DNA of 48,145 nucleotides from Candidatus Latescibacterota bacterium (GCA_965205655.1 CBDBIJ010000034.1:1-48145); one strand, 5' to 3'; positions 16,680 through 28,973 are shown, counted from the stretch's first letter. Notes: generated by a model not told the origin, from the letters alone. Numbers and translations are program-made.

Positions 16680-17978
16680 TCGGGTGAGTGTGTCGGCCCA
16701 TCATCGCGAGCTGTTTGATGCCGAGTTCGGCTTGTATGGCTTGCCGGAGCATCGGCAGATGGCGATAGCCCTTGACCCTGCGCAGACGTGGGTTCGATGT
16801 CGAGCAGTGCCGTGGCTACCCAACGGTGACGCTGTGATGAGTTGGTCCAGCGTCGCACGTTTGTGGTGTGAGCTGCTCCAGGAGACTGTTGACGTTCTCG
16901 ATGCAGTTGGTGGTGCGGAAGGAATCCTTGAGCATCGGCGTCAGTCCCAACCGATGGAGTGTGAGGGTCTCTTCCATGCCTTCCTCGAGGCTGTGTAGGG
17001 CGGACTGATTCATCAACTTCAAGCCCGGTTTGAGCGCGTCCAGTGCCGCCTTGGCCGCCTCGTATCTCGGTTTGCCGTAGGCCGCCTCCATCTTGCGACC
17101 CATACCGGGACTGCTCGCTTTTGGACAGATACGACACGACGTTCTGGCGCTTGTGATACTGGCAGCGCTGCACGCAGGCATGTCCTTTGAGCACCGACAT
17201 CACCGCCTTGTAAAGCCCCTTGGCGCCGTCGATGACGACCAACAGTCCCGGCTTCGTACTGCATACCGCGTTCGACCAGATTCGGACAGGAAGCGACGGC
17301 AGACGCGCTCGTTTTCCGTGGCCGCCTGCACGAAGCCAAGAGGAATCTTCTGTCCGTCGAGGGTGACGCCCAGGGGCGATGATGATCTCCTCGTCCGCGA
17401 AGCTCTTGCCGTCGAGGAATAGCGCCACCAGATCATATCCTTCCAGGGATCGCTCCTGGAATTCAGCCAGCTTTCGAGCCGTGCCTTTCACGTAACGACG
17501 GGACACCGATGAGGATGACAGACCAAAGGCCTCGGGTACGGCCTCAGCGCAGGCCTCGTAGTTGCGCGTGGCGATGCCTTTCAGCATCCGCAACAGCAGA
17601 CACTTCGTCCATCTGTCGAGGCGTCTGCAGTGCTTGGTAAACATCCAGCGGGACCTCGGTATGGTTGGCCACGTTGCGCACCCGCGGCACATCTGACGGG
17701 TAGTTTCTGGTCGGCCAGGTACACCGACCCGAGCTGAGACCCCCAGCGGCGTAACGGCTGATCCGACCCCTTGCGCTGATACCGCGGGCCCAGCCAACTC
17801 AACGACCGCTCTTTGCAGCTCCTCCGCGACCGCCTGCAGCCCCAAGGGAATCAGCCATTGGATCGCCTCAATCCGGCCATCCAGGTCCTCTACTTGCTCT
17901 GCAGTCCTCGGGGTGCTACCTTGCCGATGCTCACCGTTTCGTTTGGCGGCCCTTCTTCCGTGCTACCAGCTTGCTCAT
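16680..17978 (-). pseudogene. IS256-family transposase A, frameshifted
   Basis: LFLDGKSF, VVIDGAKGL, VQRCQYHK, FRTTNCIENVN. Confidence 0.9.
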
Positions 17979-17999
17979 TGCAGGCTCCCCATCGTTACC

Positions 18000-18052
18000 G
18001 ATGCGAGACTTCTTCCAACGGGGCTTGATGCGAGACTTCTTCCAACGGGCTT
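18000..18052 (+). repeat. About 27-bp tandem duplication
   Basis: GATGCGAGACTTCTTCCAACGGG(G)CTT x2. Confidence 0.9.
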
Positions 18053-18104
18053 CTCGTATCAAAACGTAACGGATTGGAGCCTGTGCTGTTTCAACTAAGA
18101 TCGA

Positions 18105-19479
18105 GAGCTAGGGTCAAATGGTGTGTAAACGACTCAGGCGGCGATCTTCTTCCTTTGCGCGATGGGTGATCCGTTTTCGTAGCACTCCCCGGCGTAGACG
18201 TCAGCCATGAGATGCGGTGCATTGAGTCGCCGGAATCGTTTCTCGGCCACCATCAGTACCCGCCAAATGAGGGCGGTGGCATTGGCCACCTTCCTGTATC
18301 GTTTGGCCGCATTGGTTTCGCAACCGTACCGAAGCGAAGGGACTTTCGACGACGTTGGTGGTGCGCAGGTGTTGCCAGTGGGCCTCGGGAAAGTCGTAGA
18401 ATGTCACCATACGGTCCCAATCGCGCTCAAGGATATCGACGGCGTCTGGACACTCGCGGCGAAACCGTTTGGCGAATTGATCGCGACGTTTCGTCGCTTC
18501 CTGACGGGTCGGCGCGTACGGGATCTGTGTCAGCAGGTGCCGCCCTTCGACCTGCACGCGTTTTGGCAGCTTATCCAGCACGTTCAGGAATGCGGTGATT
18601 CCAGCATCGCTGTTCAGCGTCTCCGGCCAGACCTTTGCCAGGGCCGCCCAGATACCCAGGTGCCCATCCGCCACCAACAACTTCGCCACGCTCAGTCCGC
18701 GGTCACGCAGATCGCGCAGTACGCCCGCCCACGACTCCTTCGATTCGCGATAGCCCGGACAATCGTCAGGATTCTTTGCGCCCATCGCTCATCGCGCCGA
18801 TGACCACCAGGAGAGCGGCTTTTTGCTTCTCGAGACCGGCTTTGGACGTAGATCCCGTCCGCCCAGGCGTAGACGAGCTCGCGGTCATCCAGTCGTCGGC
18901 TGCGCCAGGCGTTGTATTCGACGATCCACTTCTCACGCAAACGAGCGATCGAGGACGCCGACAAAGGGCTCTCCCTTGCCCAGCAGGCCGCGCAGCGCCA
19001 GCTCGAAGTCGCCCTGAGACAAACCGTGCAGGTAAAGCTCTGGCAGCAGCTGACCTGTTTCTTGGGTGCGCCGGGCGAACAGCGGCAGTACCGCACTCTC
19101 AAACGCTCTTCTCAGACCCCGCACCCGAGGGCGTTTCACCTCGATCGTGCCCGAGGTCAAGGACAGTCGCCGCCGCTTCCCTACCCATTGCGGTAGCCGC
19201 CGGCTGCGTCAACGGTGCCTGTCGCTCGTACCGTGACCGTCCCAGCGCATGGGTGACTTCTTCATCCAGAACCGACTGCATCAGCGACTGAATCTGCGAG
19301 CGTGTCCACTCTTCCAGCGTTTCGAACGTGGGGCATGGACATTTCCGTCGTGCTCGGCTTAGGTTGTGCCATGGCGATTCCCCTCTTCCTGCCGGGATAG
19401 CCCCGGCGTTTTGATGGCTAATTACAAAGGAAGGGTAGGATCGCCGTCTGTCTATTTCCACACCTCCTGATTATAGCTC
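18105..19479 (-). mobile_element. IS256-family element B
   Basis: IRs GAGCTAGGGTCAAATGGTGTGTAAA / GAGCTATAATCAGGAGGTGTGGAAA (reverse complement); 8-bp TSD AAGATCGA / AAGATCGG. Confidence 0.88.
18134..19372 (-). pseudogene. IS256-family transposase B, frameshifted
   Basis: LYLHGLSQGDF, YAWADGIY, RESKESW, LLVADGHLG, LRTTNVVESPF. Confidence 0.9.
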
Positions 19480-19533
19480 AAGATCGGGACAAAGCGATTG
19501 CTGTTAACACAACCGGTTAGGTCCGAACCGCAA

Positions 19534-21693
19534 GTGCCGAGGGTCATCCGAATCAGCTCGTCGACAGAGACCAGCCCTACCTGCGCCAGCACGCCTACAA
19601 CCCCGTCCACTGGCACCCCTGGAACCGGGAGGCCTCGATCGCGCACGGCGACAAGACCTGCCCATTCTGTTGTCGGTAGGCTACTCCGCCTGTCACTGGT
19701 GCCACGTGATGGAACGCGAATCGTTCGAAAATGAGCGCATCGCCGCCATCATGAACGAGCACTTCGTCAACATCAAGGTAGACCGCGAGGAACGGCCCGA
19801 CCTCGACGAGATCTACATGAGTGCGGTGCAGGCGATGACGGGCAGCGGGGGGTGGCCGATGACCTGGGTTCCTCACACCGGGAGCTGAGGCCTTTCTACG
19901 GCGGCACCTACTACCCCCGGAAGATCGCTACGGCAGGCCCGGGTTTCCTTCGGTTTGAAAGCGGTGTCAGACCATTATCGCACTCAGCGCGACAAAGTGG
20001 AAGAGCAGGCCGGCCGACTCTGGACCTGTTGGAGCAAAACGCGCAGATGCACACCCGGGCAGAAGAGTCATCTTCCGGACGACGCGTCGCGGGATACGTG
20101 GCCTGGTGGGGTGCGCCTTTTCGCAGCTGAGACAATCCTTCGACGCCAAGGTACGGGTGGCTTCGGTGGCTCTCCGAAGTTTCCGGGAAAGCATGAACCT
20201 GGCGCTGCTTCTGCGATACCATCAACGGACTGGCATGGCAGAAGCGCTGCAGAATGGTGGAGCACACCCTGCAGCAGATGGCGAACGGGGGCATGTACGA
20301 TCACCTTGGAGGCGGGTTTCACCGCTACTCGGTGGATGAACGGTGGCTCGTGCCCCACTTCCGAGAAGATGCTCATACGACAACGCTCTTCTCACGTGGG
20401 TGTATCTCGAGGCGTTTCAGCAGACCGGCGGGCAGTTTTACCGATCGGTGGCGGAGGAGACGCTCGACTACGTGCTGAGAGAAATGTCGAGCCCGAGGGG
20501 GGATACTACTCAACCCAGGACGCCGACAGCGAAGGAGAGGAGGGGAAGTTCTTCGTGTGGCGTCCAGCCGAGGTCGACGAGTGTTGGGCGAGGAGGCGGC
20601 GAGGCAGTTCTGTCGCTACTACGACATCACCACAGAAGGAAATTTCGAAGACGGCTCGAGCATTCTCCATGTCGACACGAATCTGCCGCAGCTCGCCCAA
20701 GTTTCTGCGTGTAGACGAGTCCGAATTGATGGAGGTCATACAGGCGGGAAAAGGCGGCGCTTCGCGAGGTGAGGTCGCGCCGGGTCGCTCCCGGCCGGGA
20801 TGACAAAATTATCGTCGCCTGGAACGGCCTGATGATAAGCGCCATGGCTCAGGCGTACGGGCGTTCTCTCGGGAACCGGGACTATCTCGAATCTGCGCGC
20901 GCAGCGGCGACCTTCATGCTCGACAGGATGCGCGTCGACGGCGAGGCTGCTGCATACCTACAAGGATGGCGTGGCTCGCTTCACGGCGTATCAGGACGAC
21001 TACGCTTGTCTTCGTCAATGGCCTGCTGGATCTCTACGAAGTCAGTTTTGAGATGCGCTGGCTCGCTGAAGCCCGAGCGTTGAACGACGCGATGATCGAG
21101 CGGTTTTTGGATGACGAGCAGGAGGATTCTTCTACACCGAGGCGGACGCCGAGGATCTGATCGTGCGCACGAAAAATCCCTACGACAATGCGACGCCGTC
21201 GGGCAATTCGATCGGAGCCCTGGTACTATTGCGTCTGGCGGTGCTAACCGGGCATCGGGTCCTATCGCCACAGAGCGGCATGACCCTGGGGGATGTCGAA
21301 GGAGCTGATAGAGCGATCTCCTACGGCCTGCTTCGCAAATGCTGTGCGCCCTGCATTTTCTTCGAGCGCCCGCCCCTCGAGGTAGCCGTCGTCGGCTCCG
21401 CTGAAGAGCGAGCACCGTTTCTGAGAGCCGTCAACGACCGCTTTCAGCCAAACAAAGTAGTGACGGGCTGGAATCAGACTGAAGAGGCAGGCGCCGATCT
21501 CATTCGTCTCGTACCGTTGCTGGAGGGAAAATCGATGCCCCGGAAGGCGTCATCGCATACGTCTGCCGCGACTCAGTTTTGTTCGAGTCCAGTGAACACG
21601 GTGGATGGTCTGATCGACCTGTTGGAAGAAAGCGACGATCAACCCGGAGGTAGAAGTCAACGCAAGAAAGAGGAGATAATCCGTGTCCGTTGA
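19534..21693 (+). pseudogene. YyaL/DUF255 thioredoxin-domain protein, many frameshifts (possibly sequencing errors)
   Basis: [86 protein letters not shown]. Confidence 0.9.
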
Positions 21694-22257
21694 CAAGCAG
21701 CAGTCATCCGTAAACCGCCAAGGCCCAGGAGCAGGCGATTCTCTTCGCGACTGCAGCAGGTGCCCGTTTTCGCGCGGTTGCCATCGAAATACATCCAGGT
21801 GATGCGGAAGGTAGCCAAACCGATGCAGCTGACGGCGGATGAGGTCCTGTGCAGCGAAGGCGATGCGCCGGCCGGTCTATTCATCCTGATCAAGGGAGCC
21901 CTGGAGCTGCGCCGGGGCGAGGAGGAAATCGCGCGACTTTGAAGCCGGTCTCCTCCCGCCGGGGAGTGTCTGTGTTGACCGGAGACCCCCATGCCGAGGA
22001 CGTAGTCTGTGTCGAAGAGGGTGTAGCTCTGCACATTCCCTTCGAGTTTTTGTCCGCCGCTCTCAAGAAAGAGGTGGATCTGTTCCAGCGCATGAGTCGC
22101 AACGCCATCAACGCGCTCGCCGAGCAACTGACGGTGGCCAACGGACGCCCAGAGTGAGATCGCCAGCGAGCATGCGGATGTGATGCGGGCGATGGGCGAG
22201 GTGGAGGTCGAGCTGAATGATGCTCGCATGATCGCCAGCATGAGGGGAGACGAGTAA
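21683..22257 (+). pseudogene. Cyclic-nucleotide-binding domain protein, frameshifted
   Basis: VPVFARL..LCSEGD..LFILIKG..GE.SVLTG; AAGGAG RBS. Confidence 0.7.
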
Positions 22258-22264
22258 GTTGCAG

Positions 22265-22559
22265 ATGACGGTATCGAGCGAGTCTGGGAACGAGTGTTGG
22301 CGCGCCCGCGCCGACGTTCTCTACCGGAAACTCGTCGATGGCGGGCTGGTGTACGACAGCATCAGCACGCGAATCCATCACCTGAACGATACGGCCGCCT
22401 TCGTGTGGGAGGCGTGTCAGGGGGAAAGCCGGATCTCCGACATCGGTGACCCAAATGTGCGGCCACTATGAATCGGAAGCTGTTGGGATCGAACAGGACG
22501 TGGCGTCGATCCTCAAGGAGTTCGATCGCGTCGACCTGCTGGAGGCGGCCGGTGAATGA
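22265..22559 (+). CDS. PqqD-family (RRE) protein, one frameshift near 22452
   Basis: VYDSISTRIHHLNDTAAFVWEAC..EQDVASILKEF..DLL. Confidence 0.8.
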
Positions 22560-23685
22560 GTGGTCGCTGCTACGCGAGTCGATAGCAGGCGATACTGAGC
22601 GTCTTCGCCGCGCTGACGCGGCAGCGTGGTCGGCCGTGGCCCGCCAGGGCGCGGGCAGAAGAGGTCGAAGGTCTTCTGTATCAGCGTTGCGCAGCCGCCG
22701 GTGTTGCGATTCCAGAAGCGGAACGGCCGTTTCTGCATGAGAGCTATCGCCAAATCGCAGCCCTCGTCGAGCTCGGCCGCTTGCTCGAGGAGATGGTGGA
22801 TGAGCATGTCGGGCAGGTGGCGGTCATGCCAGGTGCGTCGCTCATCCCGCTCTATCCGGACCCCGGCTGCCGGCCGATGGACGATATCGATCTCCTCGTG
22901 CCAACGGCACACATCGACTCGGTCGTCGACCAACTGGAATCGCGTGGATTTCGACGTCCGGCAAGGCATCCGGAGCTGTTCGAGAAAGGCCATCTGGTCG
23001 TCGACCTCCACACCGATCTCGTCAACAGCTCGCGCATTCGCGCTCGACGCGACCGGCTGGATGGATCCGCGCGAGGTCTGGGACGGCTGCATCGATACCG
23101 ACCTCGAGGGAGTGTGTGTGCGTGCCCTGTGCCCCGAAGACGCCTTTCTGTACACCGCGGTCCATGCGGTGAAGCACGGCTTCCAGCGGACTCAACTGGA
23201 TCCTCGATCTCCAGCTCCTGCTTCAAAGTGGTGCGGTCGATTGGAGCCGGCTTGAGGAGAGGGCGGAGCGATGCCGCCTGCAGCATTCGGTGGCGTACGG
23301 ATTGCGTTCTCTTCGCGATCATCTGCTGGTGCGTCTCGATGAGGCCCCGCGAAAATGGCTAGCCCGGCAGCGCCTGCGGCCGGCTCGAGGAGGCCGTGCT
23401 GAACAGAGTGTTCGCCGGGCGTCCCCACTCCCGATGGGGCGAGATCCTATGGTCGTTCAGCTGTTCGAGCGCTCGCGCCAGATTCGATTCCTCCTGGAAA
23501 CCTCATTTCCCCCGACATGCCGTCTTATTGCAGGTTTTTCCCTGGCTCCCCCACCGTGCTTTACCCTCTCGCCTACCCGCTTCGACTGGCGCAAACTCTG
23601 CCTGCGCGGAGTCAGTCAGTTTCTCCCCTTTCCCTCGGAGCGAGGGCGAAACGCCGATAGCGCCACAAACTTGATCACGGCATAA
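22552..23685 (+). pseudogene. Nucleotidyltransferase family protein (NTP_transf_5-like), frameshifted
   Basis: GASL..LYPDPGCRPMDDIDLLV..VDLHTDL..HAVKHGF. Confidence 0.78.
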
Positions 23686-23692
23686 AGAGGCA

Positions 23693-24908
23693 GTGGCCGG
23701 CTCTGTACGGCGCCGCTCTCTGGAGCGCCGCTCTGTGGAGCGTCATCCTCGTCGCCGCGCTTTGCGCCTGGGGATGTGGCTCGACAGCGCCGAAGGTCTC
23801 GGACGCTCCTACCCTGCAACTGGAGACCTTCACCCCGCTCGAGACGATCCCGATCGATCCGCGTCGCCAGTCATTCACCGACGAGGGAGGATTCGCCGAA
23901 TACGTCATCGGTCCGGGCGACGGGCTGGAGCTCAGCCCTGCGGGATGTGGATGTGACGACTGAAACGGCAACGGTGCGCCCGGACGGCAATATCTCTTTC
24001 TCGCTGCTCGAAAACATTCGGGCAGAGGGACTGACACCGACTGAGCTGGACAAAGTCCTCACCGCAGGGCTGGGCGCGATTCCTGCGCGAACCCAAGGTC
24101 GACGTGACGGTGGTGGACTACCAGAGCAAGGTGGTCTCCCTCATGGGATCTATCCTGCAGGCTAGTGTAGCGGGAGGAGGGCAGAGCGGGCAGGGTCGAT
24201 ACGCACTGAAGGGCAGGACGACGGTGCTGGACCTGATTCTTCAAGCCGGCGGTTCCACACCGGATGCGCTGCTCGGACGGGTCCAGCTCATCCGCACCGG
24301 CCGCTCGTATCAGCTCAACCTTCGGCATGTCCTCAGTACCGGAGACCAGACACACAATGTGGTGCTGCAGGGCAGTGACATCGTCATCGTCCCCGGGACG
24401 GAGACGAGGAGCAAGAAGGTGATCGTCCTCGGCGAGGTGAAGAGCCCGAATGTCTACATGTTCGCGGAGGATGCCCGCATCCTCGAGGCACTCACCCAGG
24501 CTGGCGGCGTTACTGGCTCTGCCTTGCGGGACGACATCCGTCTCATCCGCGTCGTCGATGGCACGCCGCAGATGTTCAGCCTGAACTTCGCGCGGCTGAC
24601 GGACCTGGGAGATATGCGGCAGAACATGGTTATTGCGGACAGACGACATCATCTACGTGCCGCGCAGCTTCATCGGCGACATTAACGATGTCATCGCGAA
24701 GGTAAACCCGGTGCTGCGGTTTCTGCTCCTGCCGGCGACGTACCGGGATCTTTACACTACCGGTGGCGGACTACGCGTTGATACAGGCGCAACGACGGAA
24801 TCGGAAGGGGGAACCCATCTTCACGCGGCCGCTTCCCGGGACGGCGGCCAAGCCGGTGGCGGAAGGGGAGGAAGAGGGCAGCGGAGACGAATCAGAAGGC
24901 GGCGATGA
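23693..24908 (+). pseudogene. Polysaccharide export (Wza-like/SLBB) lipoprotein, frameshifted
   Basis: ALCAWGC lipobox-like; EYVIGPGD, VRPDGNISF, two SLBB repeats (LDLILQAGG, LEALTQAGG). Confidence 0.8.
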
Positions 24909-25873
24909 GGATGAGTGAGGCCGACGCAGTCGACTCCATCCTCGACACCATCGGCAATACTCACCTGATCCAGCTCCAGCGGGTCGCGCCCGACAACGGC
25001 TGCGAGCTACTCGGCAAGCTGGAGGCGAATAATCCAGCTGGGAGCGTGAAGGACCGGATCGGCGCGAGCATGATTCGGGCCGCCGAAAGAGCCGGCGAGC
25101 TCCAGGCGGGGACGGCCATCGTGGAACCGACGAGCGGCAATACGGGAATCGCTTTGTCGATGGCCTCGGCGGCGCTCGGGTATGATCTGACGCTGACCAT
25201 GCCCGACAATATGAGCGCTGAACGCATATCGGTCATGGCTTCATACGGCGCCCGAATTGTGTTGACGCCAGGTGCCGAGGACATGCCGGGGGCCATTGCC
25301 AGGGCCGAAGAGATCAAGGCCGCCGATCCGGACCGAGTATTCATGCCGCAGCAGTTTCGCAACCCCGCAAACCCTCAGGTTCACCGAGAGACCACGGCGA
25401 GAGAGATTCTGGAAGCGACCGAGGGGCGCATCGATGCCTTTGTCGCCGGTGTCGGCACTGGGGGAACTATCACCGGGGTCGGCAGCGTGCTCAAGAGCGA
25501 GCTCGGGCAGGAAGTCCGCATCGTCGCGGTCGAGCCGGCACGGTCGCCCGTACTGTCCGGGGGAGAGCCGGGGCTGCACGGAATTCAGGGAATAGGGGCG
25601 GGGTTCGTTCCGGACGTGCTTGAGCGAGATGTCATCGACGACGTGATAGCAATCGACGATGAGGAAGCCTTCGCTTACACGAGGCGATTAGCGCGGGAGG
25701 AGGGACTGCTGCTCGGTCCCTCGTCGGGGGCGAACGTGGCGGCTTCCCTCAAGGTAGCAGAGGAACTCGGTGCGGAGGGGCGGGTTGTTACAATCCTGTG
25801 CGATACCGGGTTCCGCTATTTCAGCGTCGACGGGTTGGCAGGCGTGAGGAAGCAAACAGGGGGAGCTCGCTGA
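24905..25873 (+). CDS. cysK: Cysteine synthase A
   Basis: KLEANNPAGSVKDR, EPTSGNTG, GVGTGGT, HGIQGIG. Confidence 0.96.
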   Translation: MRMSEADAVDSILDTIGNTHLIQLQRVAPDNGCELLGKLEANNPAGSVKDRIGASMIRAAERAGELQAGTAIVEPTSGNTGIALSMASAALGYDLTLTMPDNMSAERISVMASYGARIVLTPGAEDMPGAIARAEEIKAADPDRVFMPQQFRNPANPQVHRETTAREILEATEGRIDAFVAGVGTGGTITGVGSVLKSELGQEVRIVAVEPARSPVLSGGEPGLHGIQGIGAGFVPDVLERDVIDDVIAIDDEEAFAYTRRLAREEGLLLGPSSGANVAASLKVAEELGAEGRVVTILCDTGFRYFSVDGLAGVRKQTGGAR

Positions 25874-25879
25874 TCCCAT

Positions 25880-28365
25880 CTATCGCAGCAAAGTAATCTT
25901 TTTTACCGCAACGGCAGCGGGGACCTGGAGGCGAACCAGATAAACGCCGCTCGCCACCTCGCGTCCCTCGTCATCTCGTCCATCCCAATCTATCGAATGC
26001 GTTCCCGATTTTCGCTTCGCTTCGATCAATGTGCGGAGGCGTTGCCCGGCGATGTTGTACACAGCCAGCTGCACTGGCGTCCCGATGCCGCGCTCAGAGA
26101 GGGTAAATGCAATCCGGGTTGAAGCGTTGAAGGGGTTGGGGAACGGTTGCGGCAGAGCGAAGGCGACCGGCCGCGCCTGTTGAGCGATATCAGTTGCGAC
26201 TTCCGGAAGGGACGGAGCGACAAGCACGACACCTCGAGGACCGCTGCCAGTTTGATAGACGCTGAGAACGTCGCCACTCGCCGCATCTATCACGTGCATC
26301 TCGTCTGAGCCGGCACTCGTGACGTAAATGTGGTCACCGCCCGGCGATAGTGTGACGCCTCGTGGGTTTTCACCGACCGGGATCGTCTCAACCACGAGAT
26401 GCGTGGCAGCATCGACGACGACGAGCACGCCGTCATCGTGCGCGGTGAAGTAGACCCTGCTGCCATCGCGACTCGGAATGACGGCGAAGGTGCCGCTGAC
26501 GGGCAGATCGATGGTGGTGGCGACCTCGTTCGTCGCGGCATCGATAACGGCGACCTCACCGGTGGTAAAGCTGGTTACGTAGACGGTGCGTCCATCGGGG
26601 CTGGATGCCAGCGACCGGGGGCTATCGACGACGGGGATTCACACGTTGGCCGTCGGTTGGTCTCCCGCCCTGCCAGTTGCCCTTACGACTACGACTTCGT
26701 CGTTGCCGATGTCGGTTACGTAGATGGCGGCGTCTGGACCGGCGACCGTGACGCCGTAGGAGCCCCTCTCCAGGCCGGCGACGGTGATGAGGCTCGTCTC
26801 TCCAGTCGCGACATCGATGCGAGTGAGCCAGGAAGAGGCTGTATGGGTCACGTACACGGCTTCGCCGCCGGGCGTGACGGCCAGATCCAGCGGTTCTCCA
26901 CGCACGGCAATGCGCTCTCGAACTGCGAAGGTGGCTGTCTCTATGACGACGATTTCATCCGACACGAGATTGGAAACGAAGAGGGATGCACCACTCGGAT
27001 CGACGGCCATTTGAATCGGGTTGTCACCTACTGGAATACGTGCCAGTTCGCGCCGCGTACCGCTGTCGATGACACCCACGACATCCTCCTCGCGGTATAC
27101 CGCAAAGGCGAGTGGTGACCCGGAGAGGGAGAGGATTTCGAAGTCCAACCAGCCGCTGTCGCTGGGGTAAATCGTCGAAAGGTCTTCCGCTGTCGATGCC
27201 TCTATGCGGTACTCGTGAACGGTGCCGGTGGCAGCGCCTGGAATGAGGGCTTCGTACACGCTCTCGAGCACGTGGTCGGCAACCACTTCCATCGGGATTC
27301 GTTCGATCGGACCGTGGTCTCGCCGATGGGCCATGGTCACGGTGGCGGCATCGATGACCCGCGCCTGGATTACATACGGTCCCCGCGTATCGGGCGTATT
27401 CACCGGTTCGACGAACGGCTTGATGCGAGGATATCCAGGAGGGGCAAAGCCGGTCGTGAAGTCGATGCCCTCGACGACGCTCCCCGGTCCTGCGACGATG
27501 GCCTGCGCCAGCGCCTCGCGATCGACGTTGTCGTAGTACTCCGCGGGAAAATCGGTGTCGAACTCCTCGAAGATGCCCCCGAAATTCTCGTCGCTGATGC
27601 GCCCTTCAACGGGTGTAGTCGACACCCGGTAGCTCCCTGCGGGTAAGCCACGCAGGAAGTAGTCGCCCCTGCCGCCCAACCGGGGGAACGCCCCTGTCAG
27701 TGTGGAGATTATCTGGCCGGTCTCCACATTCTCTGCGGCGAGAACAGCCCCGAACACGTCGTCGCCGACCTCGTCGTCAACGTGTCCCGCAATAGTGGCG
27801 CTCGAGGCGAGGAATTCGGCGGTCGGGTACATGATACTGATGCCGGCGATGTCATCCGCTTCGAGGGAGCCCGCTTCGCCGGTGGCATCGCCACCGTAGT
27901 AGGGATTCATGGTGGGTCGTGATGTGGGCGGGCCCTCGAGAGGAGTGTGGTCGAGGCCGAGGAGGTGCCCGATCTCGTGGACGGCCACGTCCTTCAGGTT
28001 CACCGTTCGCGGCCCGACGCCAGTGCTGAATTCCCAATCCCTGCCGTATTTCGGAGGCCGGTATCTTCGAACCGGACGCTCGCCGTGGCCACTTCTTCCC
28101 AGACGCGGAAGCTCTGACGCAGAATCTCAATCGTCGTCTCCGCGTCGATGTCGTCGGAACCAGTGCGATCGATCGTGAACGGGACGACATCCGTGCTCCA
28201 GGATTGATTCACCGTTCCGCCCGGACCCTCGAAGGTCTGGATGAGAAACGCCGAGCTCTCGCCTGGGAGGCTGAGTAACAGCGTTGTCGCGACGAGCGCG
28301 AGGTGTGCGATGCGCCCGGTGTGGCCGGAAGGTCGCCGCGCGACGCGGCAAGATGGTGTATTCAT
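25880..28365 (-). pseudogene. Secreted multidomain protein: metzincin (matrixin-like) protease, Ig-like, YVTN/YncE beta-propeller, C-terminal FlgD-Ig; split over four frames
   Basis: Signal peptide; HEIGHLLGLDH plus Met-turn PTMNP; IPVGDNP/IPVGENP repeats; FPNPFN..WDGRD..ASGVY. Confidence 0.8.
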
Positions 28366-28973
28366 CTCGCTGTGCCGCTCCCAGTAGGTGGCGCATCCGG
28401 AGAGTCGACGAGTGCCTGCACTCGCGCCAGAAACTCAGCGAGAGTGAGCCCGTTTACGGGATCGTGAGTCGAGACGGGTTTGGCGGCACCGTCGGCACCG
28501 ACAGGCAACACGGACAGAGAGGCGGTCGCACCATCTTGATAGACTCTCGGAACCTCATCTCCGGAAGCCCCGCGGTGAACGCGGAGCTTTCCCTGGGCGA
28601 GCCCCACAGGCCACACGCGTCCGAGGCGGTCTTCCCGAGTCAGAAAGAGAACGACTTCCTCGCCGCGTCGGAATCTCGGCATGCCAGCGATGTGGCTGCG
28701 CTCACCGTTCAGCTCACCGCCGGCAACAATGAAATCGATCTCGTCGAGCTGCTCTCCCTTCACGATTCGCCGGACGGAGAACACGTAGCGGGTGGCGATG
28801 CGGCCGTCGACGATCACACTTTTCGCGGAGTGGCAGACTCCGGTGAAGATCCGCGCGGCGTTCTCAGTCAGTGCGGGCAGTTCGAAACGTCGCACCGTCG
28901 TGGCGCTGGTGGGAGAGAGGTGCAACGCGACGACGAGCAGGACACGATTTATGGCAACGGAAGGTATCTTCAT
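28362..28973 (-). CDS. Secreted hypothetical protein coupled to the protease gene
   Basis: Signal peptide; GMPRF..GEEVVLFL..PVGLAQG; ATGA overlap. Confidence 0.8.
   Translation of the reverse strand: MKIPSVAINRVLLVVALHLSPTSATTVRRFELPALTENAARIFTGVCHSAKSVIVDGRIATRYVFSVRRIVKGEQLDEIDFIVAGGELNGERSHIAGMPRFRRGEEVVLFLTREDRLGRVWPVGLAQGKLRVHRGASGDEVPRVYQDGATASLSVLPVGADGAAKPVSTHDPVNGLTLAEFLARVQALVDSPDAPPTGSGTAR

Larger units (their letters stand above)
16642..19496 (-). mobile_element. IS256-family element A, right IR interrupted by element B (ends approximate)
   Basis: Inverted ends AGTTGAAACAAATCACAGGCTC (16660-16681) and GAGCCTGTGCTGTTTCAACT (18077-18096); flanking TTGCTGT on both sides. Confidence 0.75.

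Noticed and set aside
14091..18052. Short direct repeats as a CRISPR array
   Set aside because: Two-copy adjacent duplications of unrelated sequence, no spacers and no cas genes
20254..20264. ATGGTGGAGCA match to the tRNA-Ala 3' end as a second att site
   Set aside because: Only 11 bp, on the wrong side of the tRNA and inside a coding region
22265..23685. Lasso peptide or PQQ biosynthetic cluster
   Set aside because: No precursor, cyclase, protease or pqqBCE genes visible
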